Counted from the stretch's first letter, positions 38,775 to 48,364 are shown. The stretch: 64,000 bases of DNA from an uncultured Candidatus Saccharibacteria bacterium (GCA_964481135.1 CAYZSW010000002.1:29283-93282); one strand, 5' to 3'. Notes: generated by a model from the sequence alone, not told the origin. Made by a program: numbers and translations.

Positions 38775-39473
38775 ATGAACAACACCAAAAAAAATATTGT
38801 TTATTACATAATAACAATTATTGCTTTTCTAACAATAATTATTTCCTTCCGAATAGCGATAATTGTGAAACCTTCATCGGAAATAAAACCAGTCATACCA
38901 AAAATGAAGATTCAAGGTCTTGAATCAGATAATAGGCGAAGCAGAAGCAATAAAAAATTTTTTGAGTATATAGAAGAAGACAAATGGGATAATGCATTAG
39001 AAATGATAAAAAATAAAACCGTAGAGCCTAATGCAAAAAATCCCAATCAGTGCTATTGGACAATAGCACACTACACCGCAGACAATATAGAACGACTAGA
39101 ACAACTAATTGCCCTAGGTGTAGATGTCAACATAAAGGATGAGGTAGGTCGGACAATCCTGCACATCCAAAGCTACAGGGCTAGAACCCGTTGTATCGTC
39201 TGGAGCTTGGATAACGGAATAGACCCCAACTCCAATGACAATATAGGGCAAACTCCTTTGCACTACGCATCAAAAATGGATGCTCAGACAAAATTAGATG
39301 GGTATCCTATAGTTGAAGCGGACCACGAGCTGGCGATCCATATTCTGCTAGCTAGGGGTGCAGATCCAAAAAAAACGGATGCAAACGGCAACACTCCGTT
39401 AGATCTTGCAAAAATAAAAAATCGTCAAGATGTTTTGCCGATTTTGAATAAAGTAACTAAATCTCTCAATTGA
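38775..39473 (+). CDS. membrane-anchored ankyrin-repeat protein
   Basis: N-terminal TM; ankyrin repeats (GRTILHIQSY, GQTPLHYASKMDAQ, GADPKKTDANGNTPLDLA). Confidence 0.8.
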   Translation: MNNTKKNIVYYIITIIAFLTIIISFRIAIIVKPSSEIKPVIPKMKIQGLESDNRRSRSNKKFFEYIEEDKWDNALEMIKNKTVEPNAKNPNQCYWTIAHYTADNIERLEQLIALGVDVNIKDEVGRTILHIQSYRARTRCIVWSLDNGIDPNSNDNIGQTPLHYASKMDAQTKLDGYPIVEADHELAIHILLARGADPKKTDANGNTPLDLAKIKNRQDVLPILNKVTKSLN

Positions 39474-39483
39474 GAGATTTTTT

Positions 39484-41205
39484 TTATGGCAATCTTATTA
39501 TCATCCAATTAAATTGCATATTTTCACCATTATTATTTGAACGAATTCTAAAACCTGGTGGGATTCCAGCATTTACAGAATCAACCCAATAAATTCCCTG
39601 TGGTTGCGAGGCAGGAGTAATATATACCAAATCATTTACCGCCAAACGAGCATTACCATCTAAAGTAATATCTATATATGCCTCTACACCATCTATAGTC
39701 CATGCTCCTGTTGATTGGCCAGTCCAAGTACCACCGCCAACTACACCACCCCTAGTTTTAATACCAAATATTTGACCAATGCTAGAATTACCAATAAATT
39801 TAGCTACATAATTTTCATCATTAGTAAAAGCATTGTTTTCTACAGTTATACCAGTAGTGTTTTCTACATTTACACCTGCCTGGTTGATAGTAAATATTGT
39901 GTCATTATTAGAAGCCTCTACATTCAACATGGTCACTCTATTAAATCTTAAATCTAATACACTTGTCGCATCTATGCTATTACCTAATCGTAAAGTACCT
40001 GCTGTAACATTGCTCGGATAAATATTATCAACGATTAAATTAGCATTTTGCACCGTAATAGAGTCGGTTGCTCCAACTTCAGTAAACAATATCCTAGCAT
40101 CAGTAGCTCCTAACCCCACCCACTGTCCATCTGCAACTGTAATATTGTTGTTAAACGACCATCCTCCAGTAATTGTTTCGTTGGCAGAAAGGTCAAGTAA
40201 GTTTTGATTTTGTATGCCAGCGATAGTATTTGTTACTGCATTAAAACTAATATCACCAGTTCCTGTAATATTATTCCCTCCCATGTTAATAGCACCACTC
40301 ATGGTGCCGCCAGAAAGATTTAGTTTTGAATTTAATTGAGTTTGTAAATTTGATGTTGTACCTACTAAATATTGAAAATTTGTTGATGTAACGCCAGCTA
40401 AAGCACCACCTGAGAGAATATTAAGATCATTGGTGTTTCCAGTATAACCACCAAGTACATTAATCTCCCCTGCTGTTGCCAAAACAGTAACTGAATTAAG
40501 CTCAAATGCGCCAGTAATATTCATTGTTCCGGAAGTTGTAATATCTCCAGAAGTATTGATGGAAATATTTGATGCTAGGTCAGATCCTTGTATTTGATTT
40601 GCCAAATTAAGTGATGAATAAGTTATTGAATTTGCTGGAAGTGAAACTGATCCGCCAGTAATATTTAAACCATTTGATGCTTCTAATGTACCTGCAGATT
40701 TTATTCCAGCTGCAATATCAATTTCTCCTAAAGAATTAAGTTTTAGTATATTATTAGATCCTGTGCCAGGCGTTGCTCCTTGTAGAGCTTGAGAATTAGA
40801 TGCATTTAAAGACCACGGGGCAGAGCCTAGTTGTTTTCTAGGAGTCATCTCAGAGTCAGACCCAATTCTTACTCCTAAATAATAGTCAGAACCTGAAAAA
40901 TCAGTGTTAAGTGGAGTAATAGACCCTAGCTGTGCATCTACATAACCGCGGGTAGCATAAAGAGTATGAGTTTCTGACCAAAAAGAAGATCCGCCTGAAG
41001 ACTGGGTGTAAAGAGAAAAAGACACGGTGTAATAACCATTTGAAACAATATTACCTGATTTATTCATTAGTCGTGCTTGGTAATGTAAAGTATTAGACAT
41101 TGCCAAAGATTGAGAATAGTTAAAAAATACACATATAGATGCAATAAAAACTACTACTATAATAGTCCACCAATTCTGATTATTGTGAAATCTTTTTAGC
41201 AACAA
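39484..41205 (-). CDS. signal-anchored Gly/Ser/Thr/Asn-rich tail-fibre-like surface protein (variant 1)
   Basis: 573 aa; N-terminal anchor, beta-rich repeat region with LSGGTMSGAINMGGNNITGTGDISF; N-terminal 297 aa identical to 42611..44188, middle divergent, shared C-terminal end FNWMIIRLP. Confidence 0.75.
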   Translation of the reverse strand: MLLKRFHNNQNWWTIIVVVFIASICVFFNYSQSLAMSNTLHYQARLMNKSGNIVSNGYYTVSFSLYTQSSGGSSFWSETHTLYATRGYVDAQLGSITPLNTDFSGSDYYLGVRIGSDSEMTPRKQLGSAPWSLNASNSQALQGATPGTGSNNILKLNSLGEIDIAAGIKSAGTLEASNGLNITGGSVSLPANSITYSSLNLANQIQGSDLASNISINTSGDITTSGTMNITGAFELNSVTVLATAGEINVLGGYTGNTNDLNILSGGALAGVTSTNFQYLVGTTSNLQTQLNSKLNLSGGTMSGAINMGGNNITGTGDISFNAVTNTIAGIQNQNLLDLSANETITGGWSFNNNITVADGQWVGLGATDARILFTEVGATDSITVQNANLIVDNIYPSNVTAGTLRLGNSIDATSVLDLRFNRVTMLNVEASNNDTIFTINQAGVNVENTTGITVENNAFTNDENYVAKFIGNSSIGQIFGIKTRGGVVGGGTWTGQSTGAWTIDGVEAYIDITLDGNARLAVNDLVYITPASQPQGIYWVDSVNAGIPPGFRIRSNNNGENMQFNWMIIRLP

Positions 41206-41290
41206 CCCTCCTTAAAGAGTAGTTTTTAATACGAATATTTAAACTAAGTATACCAAAGATGGCGTAAAATTAGAATGTGGATAATTTAAT
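40330..41290. repeat. ~960-bp duplicated block (copy 1) = 5' part of the fibre gene plus ~85 bp upstream
   Basis: Apparently identical by inspection to 43318-44273, including the upstream CCAAAGATGGC...GAATGTGGATAATTTAAT (perfect DnaA-box 9-mer TGTGGATAA). Confidence 0.8.
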
Positions 41291-41522
41291 AAAATTCAGT
41301 ATAATTAAGTCATAAATGGTTACAAAGGATAAAATACTTATACAAATTTCGAAAAACTACAATTAAATGCAATTTATTCAAATACTAATTAAATTTAATT
41401 ATTGACATAGTATAAAAAAATAGGTTAATATAATAAACTTAGATAATTATTTTATGTGTTAAAAATTATCTAAGTAATTTTAATGGCTTTATTAAAAATT
41501 TGATTTAAAAGGAATGATATGA

Positions 41523-42494
41523 ATGAAAAAGTATTTTTTTGTAATTTTGACAACATTAATAATCGGCTATTTACTCGGAGGATTAACAATAACTCCAAAA
41601 ATCAATAAAATAATCGAGGTAGTAGAAGTTAAAGATACTCATACCGTAACCCTAACTCATAGTCCTAACCCTGTACCAACAATTATAGATATTGGTACGA
41701 TTCAGGTACCAGATGAAGACGAAATCGAAGCATTGCTAACTACTTCTCCCGAACCAGCCAAAAGGATTTATACAATTACAAAAAACGATGTCTTATTTTA
41801 TGAAGAACAACTAACTGTTCTGAAAAATAACGACATCTCCAATTCCATGAAACTGTTCAAGGAAGCTTATTCTTCAGCGACAATGGAAAAAATGAAAAAA
41901 ATCGATATACTTGTTGAAAACAAGTACATCGGAAAAAATAGTACTATTCTAGATTTTGGATGTGGAAACGGTAGATACACATTCAAATTTAGCGAAATAG
42001 TAGGACCGGATGGAAAGGTTTATGCCGTTGACCAAAGCATAAATGCATTAACGGCAATACTGTGTCTGGCACAAAGTGCCAAGCAAAACACTGACAACAT
42101 CATAATAAAAATAAACAACAACTATCAGTCTGCGGTCGCAGACGAGATCATAGATCTTATTTTTATTAGCGATGTTCATATTTTTCACTACGACAATCTT
42201 TCGAAAATTAATTCGGAAGGTAATAATTTTCACTATGGGTCACAAAAAGATCAAGATAAATTGTTAAAACAAATTGATGAAGAATGGACAACCTTGATCG
42301 ATTCTTTGTACAATTCGACAAAAAAAAACGGTTACTTAGTTGTAACCGAATATATGAGATGCTCTGGAAGCAAACTACGAATGAGCGAAAAAACAGTCAT
42401 TCGGCTATTTGAAAAACATAAATTTAAACTCGAAAAGAGCTTTACAGACTCCTTTAAAGAGGAGCCGATCCATTACTTAGTCTTTAAAAAATAA
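41523..42494 (+). CDS. signal-anchored class-I SAM-dependent methyltransferase-fold protein
   Basis: N-terminal TM; motif I ILDFGCGNGRYT, GKVYAVDQS, DLIFISDVH; paralog of 37847..38770. Confidence 0.65.
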   Translation: MKKYFFVILTTLIIGYLLGGLTITPKINKIIEVVEVKDTHTVTLTHSPNPVPTIIDIGTIQVPDEDEIEALLTTSPEPAKRIYTITKNDVLFYEEQLTVLKNNDISNSMKLFKEAYSSATMEKMKKIDILVENKYIGKNSTILDFGCGNGRYTFKFSEIVGPDGKVYAVDQSINALTAILCLAQSAKQNTDNIIIKINNNYQSAVADEIIDLIFISDVHIFHYDNLSKINSEGNNFHYGSQKDQDKLLKQIDEEWTTLIDSLYNSTKKNGYLVVTEYMRCSGSKLRMSEKTVIRLFEKHKFKLEKSFTDSFKEEPIHYLVFKK

Positions 42495-42610
42495 TTCAAT
42501 CAAATACCTACATTTATATAAATGTAGGTATTTTTTATTTAATAATCCTATACTTAGCCCAATTCTTAATTATGACTAATAAAAGTACAATTTATTTTCA
42601 ATAAAATATA

Positions 42611-44188
42611 TTATTGTCTAATTATAATCCAGTTAAAATCCATCGTTTCCTGAAATACACCTCCAGAATCTCTTGAAGATACTGTAAATGAATCAGCTCC
42701 AGCAGTTATCCAATAATCTCCATTTCCTACTTTCTCAGTTACTGGTGTAATTATAACCAAATCATTGCTATTTAGAAATGCTGTACTCACTGTAATAGTG
42801 CTAGGATTTGCATTACTCCACGCTCCAGTTTCTCTGCCAGACCAGTACGAATCTCCTTTAATGTAAGAATTTTCTGTTTGTAAAAGTGCATTTCTAAATA
42901 ATAATTGATCCATTGTATCATCAACAAAAACTATATCTGCTCCACCAATACCCCCCACCCCGATTGTTCGACTACTAGACATGGCAATATTACCAGATAC
43001 ATTTAATTGATCTACATTAAAATATTGCGCATTGTCAATACTAATACTACCTGCACCCGTTGCGCTAAAAGATATTCTTGGGCTTGCTGCCCCCAACCCC
43101 ACCCACTGTCCATCTGCAACTGTAATATTGTTATTAAACAACCATCCTCCAGTAATTGTTTCATTGGCAGAAAGATCAAGTAAGTTTTGATTTTGGATAC
43201 CTGCAACAGTATTTGTAACTGCATCAAAGGTAATATTGCCGGTTGCAGTTAAATTGTTTCCTCCCATAGCAATAGCTCCGCTCATAGTGCCACCAGCAAG
43301 ATTTAGTTTAGAGTTTAATTGAGTTTGAAGATTTGATGTTGTACCTACTAAATATTGAAAATTTGTTGATGTAACGCCAGCTAAAGCACCACCTGAGAGA
43401 ATATTAAGATCATTGGTGTTTCCAGTATAACCACCAAGTACATTAATCTCCCCTGCTGTTGCCAAAACAGTAACTGAATTAAGCTCAAATGCGCCAGTAA
43501 TATTCATTGTTCCGGAAGTTGTAATATCTCCAGAAGTATTGATGGAAATATTTGATGCTAGGTCAGATCCTTGTATTTGATTTGCCAAATTAAGTGATGA
43601 ATAAGTTATTGAATTTGCTGGAAGTGAAACTGATCCGCCAGTAATATTTAAACCATTTGATGCTTCTAATGTACCTGCAGATTTTATTCCAGCTGCAATA
43701 TCAATTTCTCCTAAAGAATTAAGTTTTAGTATATTATTAGATCCTGTGCCAGGCGTTGCTCCTTGTAGAGCTTGAGAATTAGATGCATTTAAAGACCACG
43801 GGGCAGAGCCTAGTTGTTTTCTAGGAGTCATCTCAGAGTCAGACCCAATTCTTACTCCTAAATAATAGTCAGAACCTGAAAAATCAGTGTTAAGTGGAGT
43901 AATAGACCCTAGCTGTGCATCTACATAACCGCGGGTAGCATAAAGAGTATGAGTTTCTGACCAAAAAGAAGATCCGCCTGAAGACTGGGTGTAAAGAGAA
44001 AAAGACACGGTGTAATAACCATTTGAAACAATATTACCTGATTTATTCATTAGTCGTGCTTGGTAATGTAAAGTATTAGACATTGCCAAAGATTGAGAAT
44101 AGTTAAAAAATACACATATAGATGCAATAAAAACTACTACTATAATAGTCCACCAATTCTGATTATTGTGAAATCTTTTTAGCAACAA
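42611..44188 (-). CDS. tail-fibre-like surface protein (variant 2)
   Basis: 525 aa; same N-terminal 297 aa as 39484..41205, different middle, C-terminal FNWIIIRQ. Confidence 0.75.
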   Translation of the reverse strand: MLLKRFHNNQNWWTIIVVVFIASICVFFNYSQSLAMSNTLHYQARLMNKSGNIVSNGYYTVSFSLYTQSSGGSSFWSETHTLYATRGYVDAQLGSITPLNTDFSGSDYYLGVRIGSDSEMTPRKQLGSAPWSLNASNSQALQGATPGTGSNNILKLNSLGEIDIAAGIKSAGTLEASNGLNITGGSVSLPANSITYSSLNLANQIQGSDLASNISINTSGDITTSGTMNITGAFELNSVTVLATAGEINVLGGYTGNTNDLNILSGGALAGVTSTNFQYLVGTTSNLQTQLNSKLNLAGGTMSGAIAMGGNNLTATGNITFDAVTNTVAGIQNQNLLDLSANETITGGWLFNNNITVADGQWVGLGAASPRISFSATGAGSISIDNAQYFNVDQLNVSGNIAMSSSRTIGVGGIGGADIVFVDDTMDQLLFRNALLQTENSYIKGDSYWSGRETGAWSNANPSTITVSTAFLNSNDLVIITPVTEKVGNGDYWITAGADSFTVSSRDSGGVFQETMDFNWIIIRQ

Positions 44189-44273
44189 CCCTCCTTAAAG
44201 AGTAGTTTTTAATACGAATATTTAAACTAAGTATACCAAAGATGGCATGAAATTAGAATGTGGATAATTTAAT
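43318..44273. repeat. ~960-bp duplicated block (copy 2)
   Basis: See copy 1; divergence begins 3' of codon ~297 and 5' of the shared upstream AATTTAAT. Confidence 0.8.
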
Positions 44274-44451
44274 TGCTAATTGCACTAACAGGGCATTGAT
44301 CTATTGAATCTTTAATGCACCCGTCATTTTTTTCTAAATCTGCGTTTTTTTTAACCTGTGATTTGTTATTTTCATCTAATTCAAACACATCAGGACAAAC
44401 ACTCACGCATGTCCCACAACCAATACAAACATCTTTATTTACTTGAACCAT
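44269..44451 (-). CDS. small 4Fe-4S ferredoxin
   Basis: 60 aa; CIGCGTCVSVCP...C...C pattern. Confidence 0.7.
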   Translation of the reverse strand: MVQVNKDVCIGCGTCVSVCPDVFELDENNKSQVKKNADLEKNDGCIKDSIDQCPVSAISN

Positions 44452-44520
44452 ATAACTCCTTTATTTTAATATTATTTATATTTACTATTATATCTAATTT
44501 TGATAATATGACAATGTTTT

Positions 44521-44595
44521 GGCCTTGTCGTCTAGTGGTTAGGACACATGCTTCTCAAGCATGCAACACGGGTTCGATTCCCGTCAAGGCTGCCA
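44521..44595 (+). tRNA. tRNA-Glu (anticodon CTC), CCA encoded
   Basis: Folded by hand: acceptor GGCCUUG/CAAGGCU, D-stem GUCU/GGAC, anticodon stem CAUGC/GCAUG with loop UUCUCAA, T-arm ACGGG-UUCGAUU-CCCGU, disc G, CCA. Confidence 0.85.
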
Positions 44596-44619
44596 AATAA
44601 ATTTTTGAAAACTAAACTA

Positions 44620-44647
44620 AAAACTGCCTATTAGGCAGTTTTTAGTT
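44620..44647 (+). terminator. terminator after tRNA-Glu
   Basis: AAACTGCCT-ATT-AGGCAGTTT followed by TT. Confidence 0.6.
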
Positions 44648-44714
44648 TAATCCTAGTTCAACATTATTTTAAAGTTGAATCAAGGATTTCAATTGAAATT
44701 GGGCGTTTCATTTT

Positions 44715-44812
44715 ACCCTCCCTTGCCCGCCATCGCAAGCTTGAGCTTTACCCGCCTGCCACGACTTGTGTCTGGCATGTCGGGCATGGCTCAGGCGTTG
44801 CAGGCGTGGCTT
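44715..44812. repeat. GC-rich palindromic element E6
   Basis: CTTGCCCGCCATCGCAAGCTTGAGC (as in E2) + CCCGCCTGCC (as in E1) + CGCCTGC...GCAGGCG inverted repeat; GC-rich island in AT-rich DNA. Confidence 0.65.
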
Positions 44813-44876
44813 CTTTATATTTAATTTTTAACTCATTAATGTTAACTGTTAATTGTTAATTGTTATTTGTTAATTA

Positions 44877-46406
44877 TTACTTATGTATAAACACCGGTGT
44901 ACCAACAGGAGCAAAATTGTAAACTGTTGCAGCAGCTCCCACTCCGAGACGAATACAACCATGCGACACAGGAGTTCCTAAGTGAGATTCACCCTCTTTA
45001 GCACCACCTGGCCACTCTGGCAACTCATGTATTCCATACCCTCCACCAATTCCCATCCAATAAGGCATATATAGTCCATATCTAGCTGACCAAGCCCTAG
45101 CATTTTTGTCAGAGACATACCTTGTTCCGACTGGTGTTGGCATACTCCATTTTCCAGTAGATACTCTGAAACTACCGTGCGGAGTTTCTCCATCAAATAA
45201 ATACATAGTTTGTGTACTTAAATTCACTTCAATATACTTACCTTCTGCAAGACCAGGGGTTCCTCCGGATAAACCTAGTTCTTTTGGCTCTACCTCAATT
45301 TCTCCTGCTTTTTCAACACTTACAATTAACTTAATTTCATTACTAATACTTTGACCATCTAATCTACTTGTTAAAATATTTTTTGTACTTGTTAATGTTT
45401 TATCTTCATCGAGTTTTCTACCATCTTGACCATTTGCAATAACTGCTTTAGTTCTTTTGTTGATTTTTTTATCAATCATTTTTTTATTGATTTTTTTTGC
45501 TAAATCTTCCTGAATAAAATTTTTAATAGCATCATCTGCAATTTCTATTGATATTGCTAAACCGACCTCAGGCTTTAAAACTAACCAACTGGCAATTTCT
45601 TCTGGACTGGCATTATATGTTTTATGCTTATCAGTATCAATAAAAACTATTTCATCTGAAATTATTTGTTCAATCTGAGGCAAAACTGTTTCGACCTGTT
45701 TTTGATTTATTTCAGGGTTAATTGATAACCAAAATATAATTATAATATTATTTTCTTTTGTACTTAAATCTTTTGCTATCTCTAATTTTAATCTTTCTAT
45801 ATCAGCCTTTTGACCAAACTCTTCCTTTTCAATAGAAATATTTCCATCTTTAACTAAAACTGTTGCGTTTTTTGGTTCTTTGTGTTGGTCTGGTGCAATC
45901 TCTTTAATTTTTTCTTCTATTTTGCCCTCAACAACATTTAAAATATAATTAAAATCTTTTCCGTAATAAAGCGACTGCATTTGCTCAATACTATTATTTA
46001 TATAATTAGAATCTCTACCGTAGCTAAATGCTTGTTTAATAGTTTTATCCAAATCAACACTCACTCCTAAATCAGCAATTTTAACCTGGCGAGATTCTCC
46101 ATTGTTTTTGATTGTAACCTGCGCCTGACCAATATTTACCAGCTTATTTTCTAATTTTAATTTTGCCTCCTGTTGAGTTTTTCCACCAACCTCATAACCA
46201 GCAATTTTTACTCCAGGAAAAAACTGATTTTCATAAGCTTTAGCATAAATTAAAGAAAGACCTACTAAAAGTCCAATAAAAATAATTAAACTAAAAATTA
46301 TTGTAACAAAAATTTTTGAACCAGATCTTTTTTTACTTAAATCACCAGAATTTTTTATATCTTGCGAAATGTTTTTATTTTGTTTTTGTTTTTTATTACC
46401 ACTCAT
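44877..46406 (-). CDS. L,D-transpeptidase (YkuD/ErfK family) with N-terminal TM and extended ectodomain
   Basis: C-terminal catalytic HGSFRVSTG...SHGCIRLG motif (His/Cys); N-terminal anchor IFVTIIFSLIIFIGLLVGL. Confidence 0.85.
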   Translation of the reverse strand: MSGNKKQKQNKNISQDIKNSGDLSKKRSGSKIFVTIIFSLIIFIGLLVGLSLIYAKAYENQFFPGVKIAGYEVGGKTQQEAKLKLENKLVNIGQAQVTIKNNGESRQVKIADLGVSVDLDKTIKQAFSYGRDSNYINNSIEQMQSLYYGKDFNYILNVVEGKIEEKIKEIAPDQHKEPKNATVLVKDGNISIEKEEFGQKADIERLKLEIAKDLSTKENNIIIIFWLSINPEINQKQVETVLPQIEQIISDEIVFIDTDKHKTYNASPEEIASWLVLKPEVGLAISIEIADDAIKNFIQEDLAKKINKKMIDKKINKRTKAVIANGQDGRKLDEDKTLTSTKNILTSRLDGQSISNEIKLIVSVEKAGEIEVEPKELGLSGGTPGLAEGKYIEVNLSTQTMYLFDGETPHGSFRVSTGKWSMPTPVGTRYVSDKNARAWSARYGLYMPYWMGIGGGYGIHELPEWPGGAKEGESHLGTPVSHGCIRLGVGAAATVYNFAPVGTPVFIHK

Positions 46407-46526
46407 TTTTCCCTCTTTATATTTGTTTTTGTTTTTAGATTAATATTTTTTATAAAAATCAATTATTAAATCATTATAGCAAAAAATTTCACCCAAGTCA
46501 AGCAAGGAGTATTTAAACAAAATATT

Positions 46527-46553
46527 AAAAAAAAGGGCGAGATGCCCTTTTGC
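46527..46553. terminator. bidirectional intrinsic terminator
   Basis: AAAAAAAAGGGC-GAGAT-GCCCTTTTGCTT. Confidence 0.6.
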
Positions 46554-46568
46554 TTAATAAACTATATT

Positions 46569-47180
46569 TCAAAAATATGGGTATTTTAATACTTTAAAAG
46601 CTATTCCTCGATCATTTAAATTAAAAGAATCTATTTCCGGAAACAGTTCTTCATAATCAGCAATTCTGTATTTTGTTTCTCCTAGATAGAAAGCAAGCAA
46701 CAGAATTTTTTGTTTTAGTTCTTCCATGTTTCTAGCACATGAAATATATTTGTGGTTTGTGATTGAAAAGAAACCATAATCAAACAGCATATCATTACAC
46801 AATTGAATGTAAAATTGTTCTTTCTTCGTAGGAATTGCATTGGTAGAAATTCCATTAACTGATTTTTTATTGGGTAGTAGCATGCCTCGGCCAACGCTTA
46901 TTGACTGAGTATCGGTTTCCGCGCGCAAAAACATACAAAAAGAACATTCTTTTCTAGAACTTATGTATTCTTTAAAAAACTTTTCGCAATTTCTTCGAAA
47001 AATACATTCTGCGGAAAATCTAATTTTACCTTCATAAAAATACTTATGCAACATTTTTCGAAAAATTATTTCAAAGTTATAGAGCTGGAAATGTGAAAGA
47101 ATATAAACCAGCGGAGCAGGAGAAAACAACGAGTTGAATTCAATATTAGCAAAACCAAGTTTACGAAGATTATAATTCAT
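46569..47180 (-). CDS. hypothetical Cys-containing protein (203 aa), family not recognised
   Basis: Clean ORF with flanking terminator; no recognisable motif. Confidence 0.5.
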   Translation of the reverse strand: MNYNLRKLGFANIEFNSLFSPAPLVYILSHFQLYNFEIIFRKMLHKYFYEGKIRFSAECIFRRNCEKFFKEYISSRKECSFCMFLRAETDTQSISVGRGMLLPNKKSVNGISTNAIPTKKEQFYIQLCNDMLFDYGFFSITNHKYISCARNMEELKQKILLLAFYLGETKYRIADYEELFPEIDSFNLNDRGIAFKVLKYPYF

Positions 47181-47343
47181 ACTTCCTCCTTATTAATGTT
47201 CAATTAAATTTACAAATAACAAAAAATGCCATTGGGGCATTCTAAGACACAAAAGAATTAATTTTTTGCATCAATATTATTTGCATAATAAGATTATACT
47301 AAAAAAAAAATTAAAATAAAAGTGGAAAACTTTTTTATAACAA

Positions 47344-47372
47344 TTGATAAGGAGAGATCTATATGATATAAT
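47344..47372 (+). promoter_or_regulatory. sigma70-type promoter of tRNA-Ile
   Basis: TTGATA (47344-47349), 17-nt spacer, TATAAT (47367-47372), about 28 nt upstream of the tRNA 5' end. Confidence 0.5.
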
Positions 47373-47400
47373 TTTTTTAGATTAATCAATAAAATACTTT

Positions 47401-47476
47401 GCGTGTGTAGCTCAGTGGTTAGAGCGCCACCCTTATAAGGTGGAGGTCGAGGGTTCAATTCCCTCCACACGTACCA
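47401..47476 (+). tRNA. tRNA-Ile with anticodon TAT (reads AUA), CCA encoded
   Basis: Hand fold: acceptor GCGUGUG/CACACGU (G1-U72), U8 A9, D-stem GCUC/GAGC, anticodon stem CCACC/GGUGG with loop CUUAUAA (U34 A35 U36), T-arm GAGGG-UUCAAUU-CCCUC, disc A, CCA. Followed by the terminator hairpin at 47483-47508. Confidence 0.75.
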
Positions 47477-47482
47477 AATTAA

Positions 47483-47508
47483 AATAAGCTAGATTTAGCT
47501 TATTTTTT
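47483..47508 (+). terminator. terminator after tRNA-Ile
   Basis: AATAAGCT-AGATTT-AGCTTATT followed by TTTT. Confidence 0.7.
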
Positions 47509-47703
47509 ATTACTAATTCACTACCCACCTACTTACCTACTGGCCTACTCTCCTACTTAACTACTCCCTATTCACCTTGACTTAACAGGTTTTTTTTGGT
47601 ACAATAATTTAATTTACTAATAATTTCTTAAAATAAAAATAAAAATGCACAATCAAAAATCCTCGGTGGGACAAAGTCCATCGGGACAAAAATTTAAATT
47701 AAT

Positions 47704-48303
47704 ATGTATAAGAATGAAATAAAAACAAGTGTTAGTATTATAGACAAAAAAGCAAAAAACTATATTATTTTTGCCACTATTTTATCTGTAATAATTTATT
47801 TTACGCTCGTATTTTTAATAATTCCATGCCGGGCTTTTGCAACAAATATTTCAGAAAGTAAATTAGTCGAACTTGTTAATCAAGAAAGAAAAACTCGAGG
47901 TCTTTCAGAACTATCACAAGATCCACAACTTTACTACGCTGCCAAATTAAAAGCACAAGACATGATAAACAAAAACTACTTTAATCATTATTCTCCTAAC
48001 GGAAAATCACCTTGGGATTTTATTCGCAATTCTGGATACGAATATCAAAAAGCCGGGGAAAATCTTGCTATGGATTTTGCTACCTCAAGCGGCATTCATA
48101 ATGCATGGATGGCCAGTGAAACACATAAAAATAATATCTTGAAACCAGATTACGAACATATTGCAATTGCAGTATTGAAAGGCAATTTCAATAATAAAAA
48201 TACAACCATGGTTGTTCAAATGTTTGGTAATCCTATGCCAGAAAATCAATATCCCGCACAATCTTTGATATTTGGCATTAGAAATTTTATTTTAGGATTT
48301 TAA
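47704..48303 (+). CDS. CAP/SCP (PR-1-like, YkwD-type) domain protein with N-terminal TM
   Basis: LVELVNQERKTRGLSELSQDPQLYYAAKLKAQDM...HYSPNG...GENLA...HNAWMASETHKNNIL...HIAIAV. Confidence 0.85.
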   Translation: MYKNEIKTSVSIIDKKAKNYIIFATILSVIIYFTLVFLIIPCRAFATNISESKLVELVNQERKTRGLSELSQDPQLYYAAKLKAQDMINKNYFNHYSPNGKSPWDFIRNSGYEYQKAGENLAMDFATSSGIHNAWMASETHKNNILKPDYEHIAIAVLKGNFNNKNTTMVVQMFGNPMPENQYPAQSLIFGIRNFILGF

Positions 48304-48336
48304 TTAAATAACTCTATCAAAAACAAACACTTACCA

Positions 48337-48364
48337 AAATCCCACCCCGCGGGTGGGATTTTGG
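48337..48364 (+). terminator. terminator after the CAP-domain gene
   Basis: AAATCCCACCC-CGC-GGGTGGGATTT. Confidence 0.7.

Noticed and set aside
39484-44188. Diversity-generating retroelement targeting the variable fibre genes
   Set aside because: No reverse transcriptase ORF and no template/variable repeat pair with adenine-specific differences. Variation is modular (whole middle domain swapped), not A-site mutagenesis.
39484-44188. Prophage or polymorphic-toxin interpretation of the fibre paralogs
   Set aside because: No capsid, terminase, integrase or tail genes nearby and no immunity-gene-like small ORF directly downstream of either variant. Neighbours are methyltransferase-fold and ankyrin proteins.
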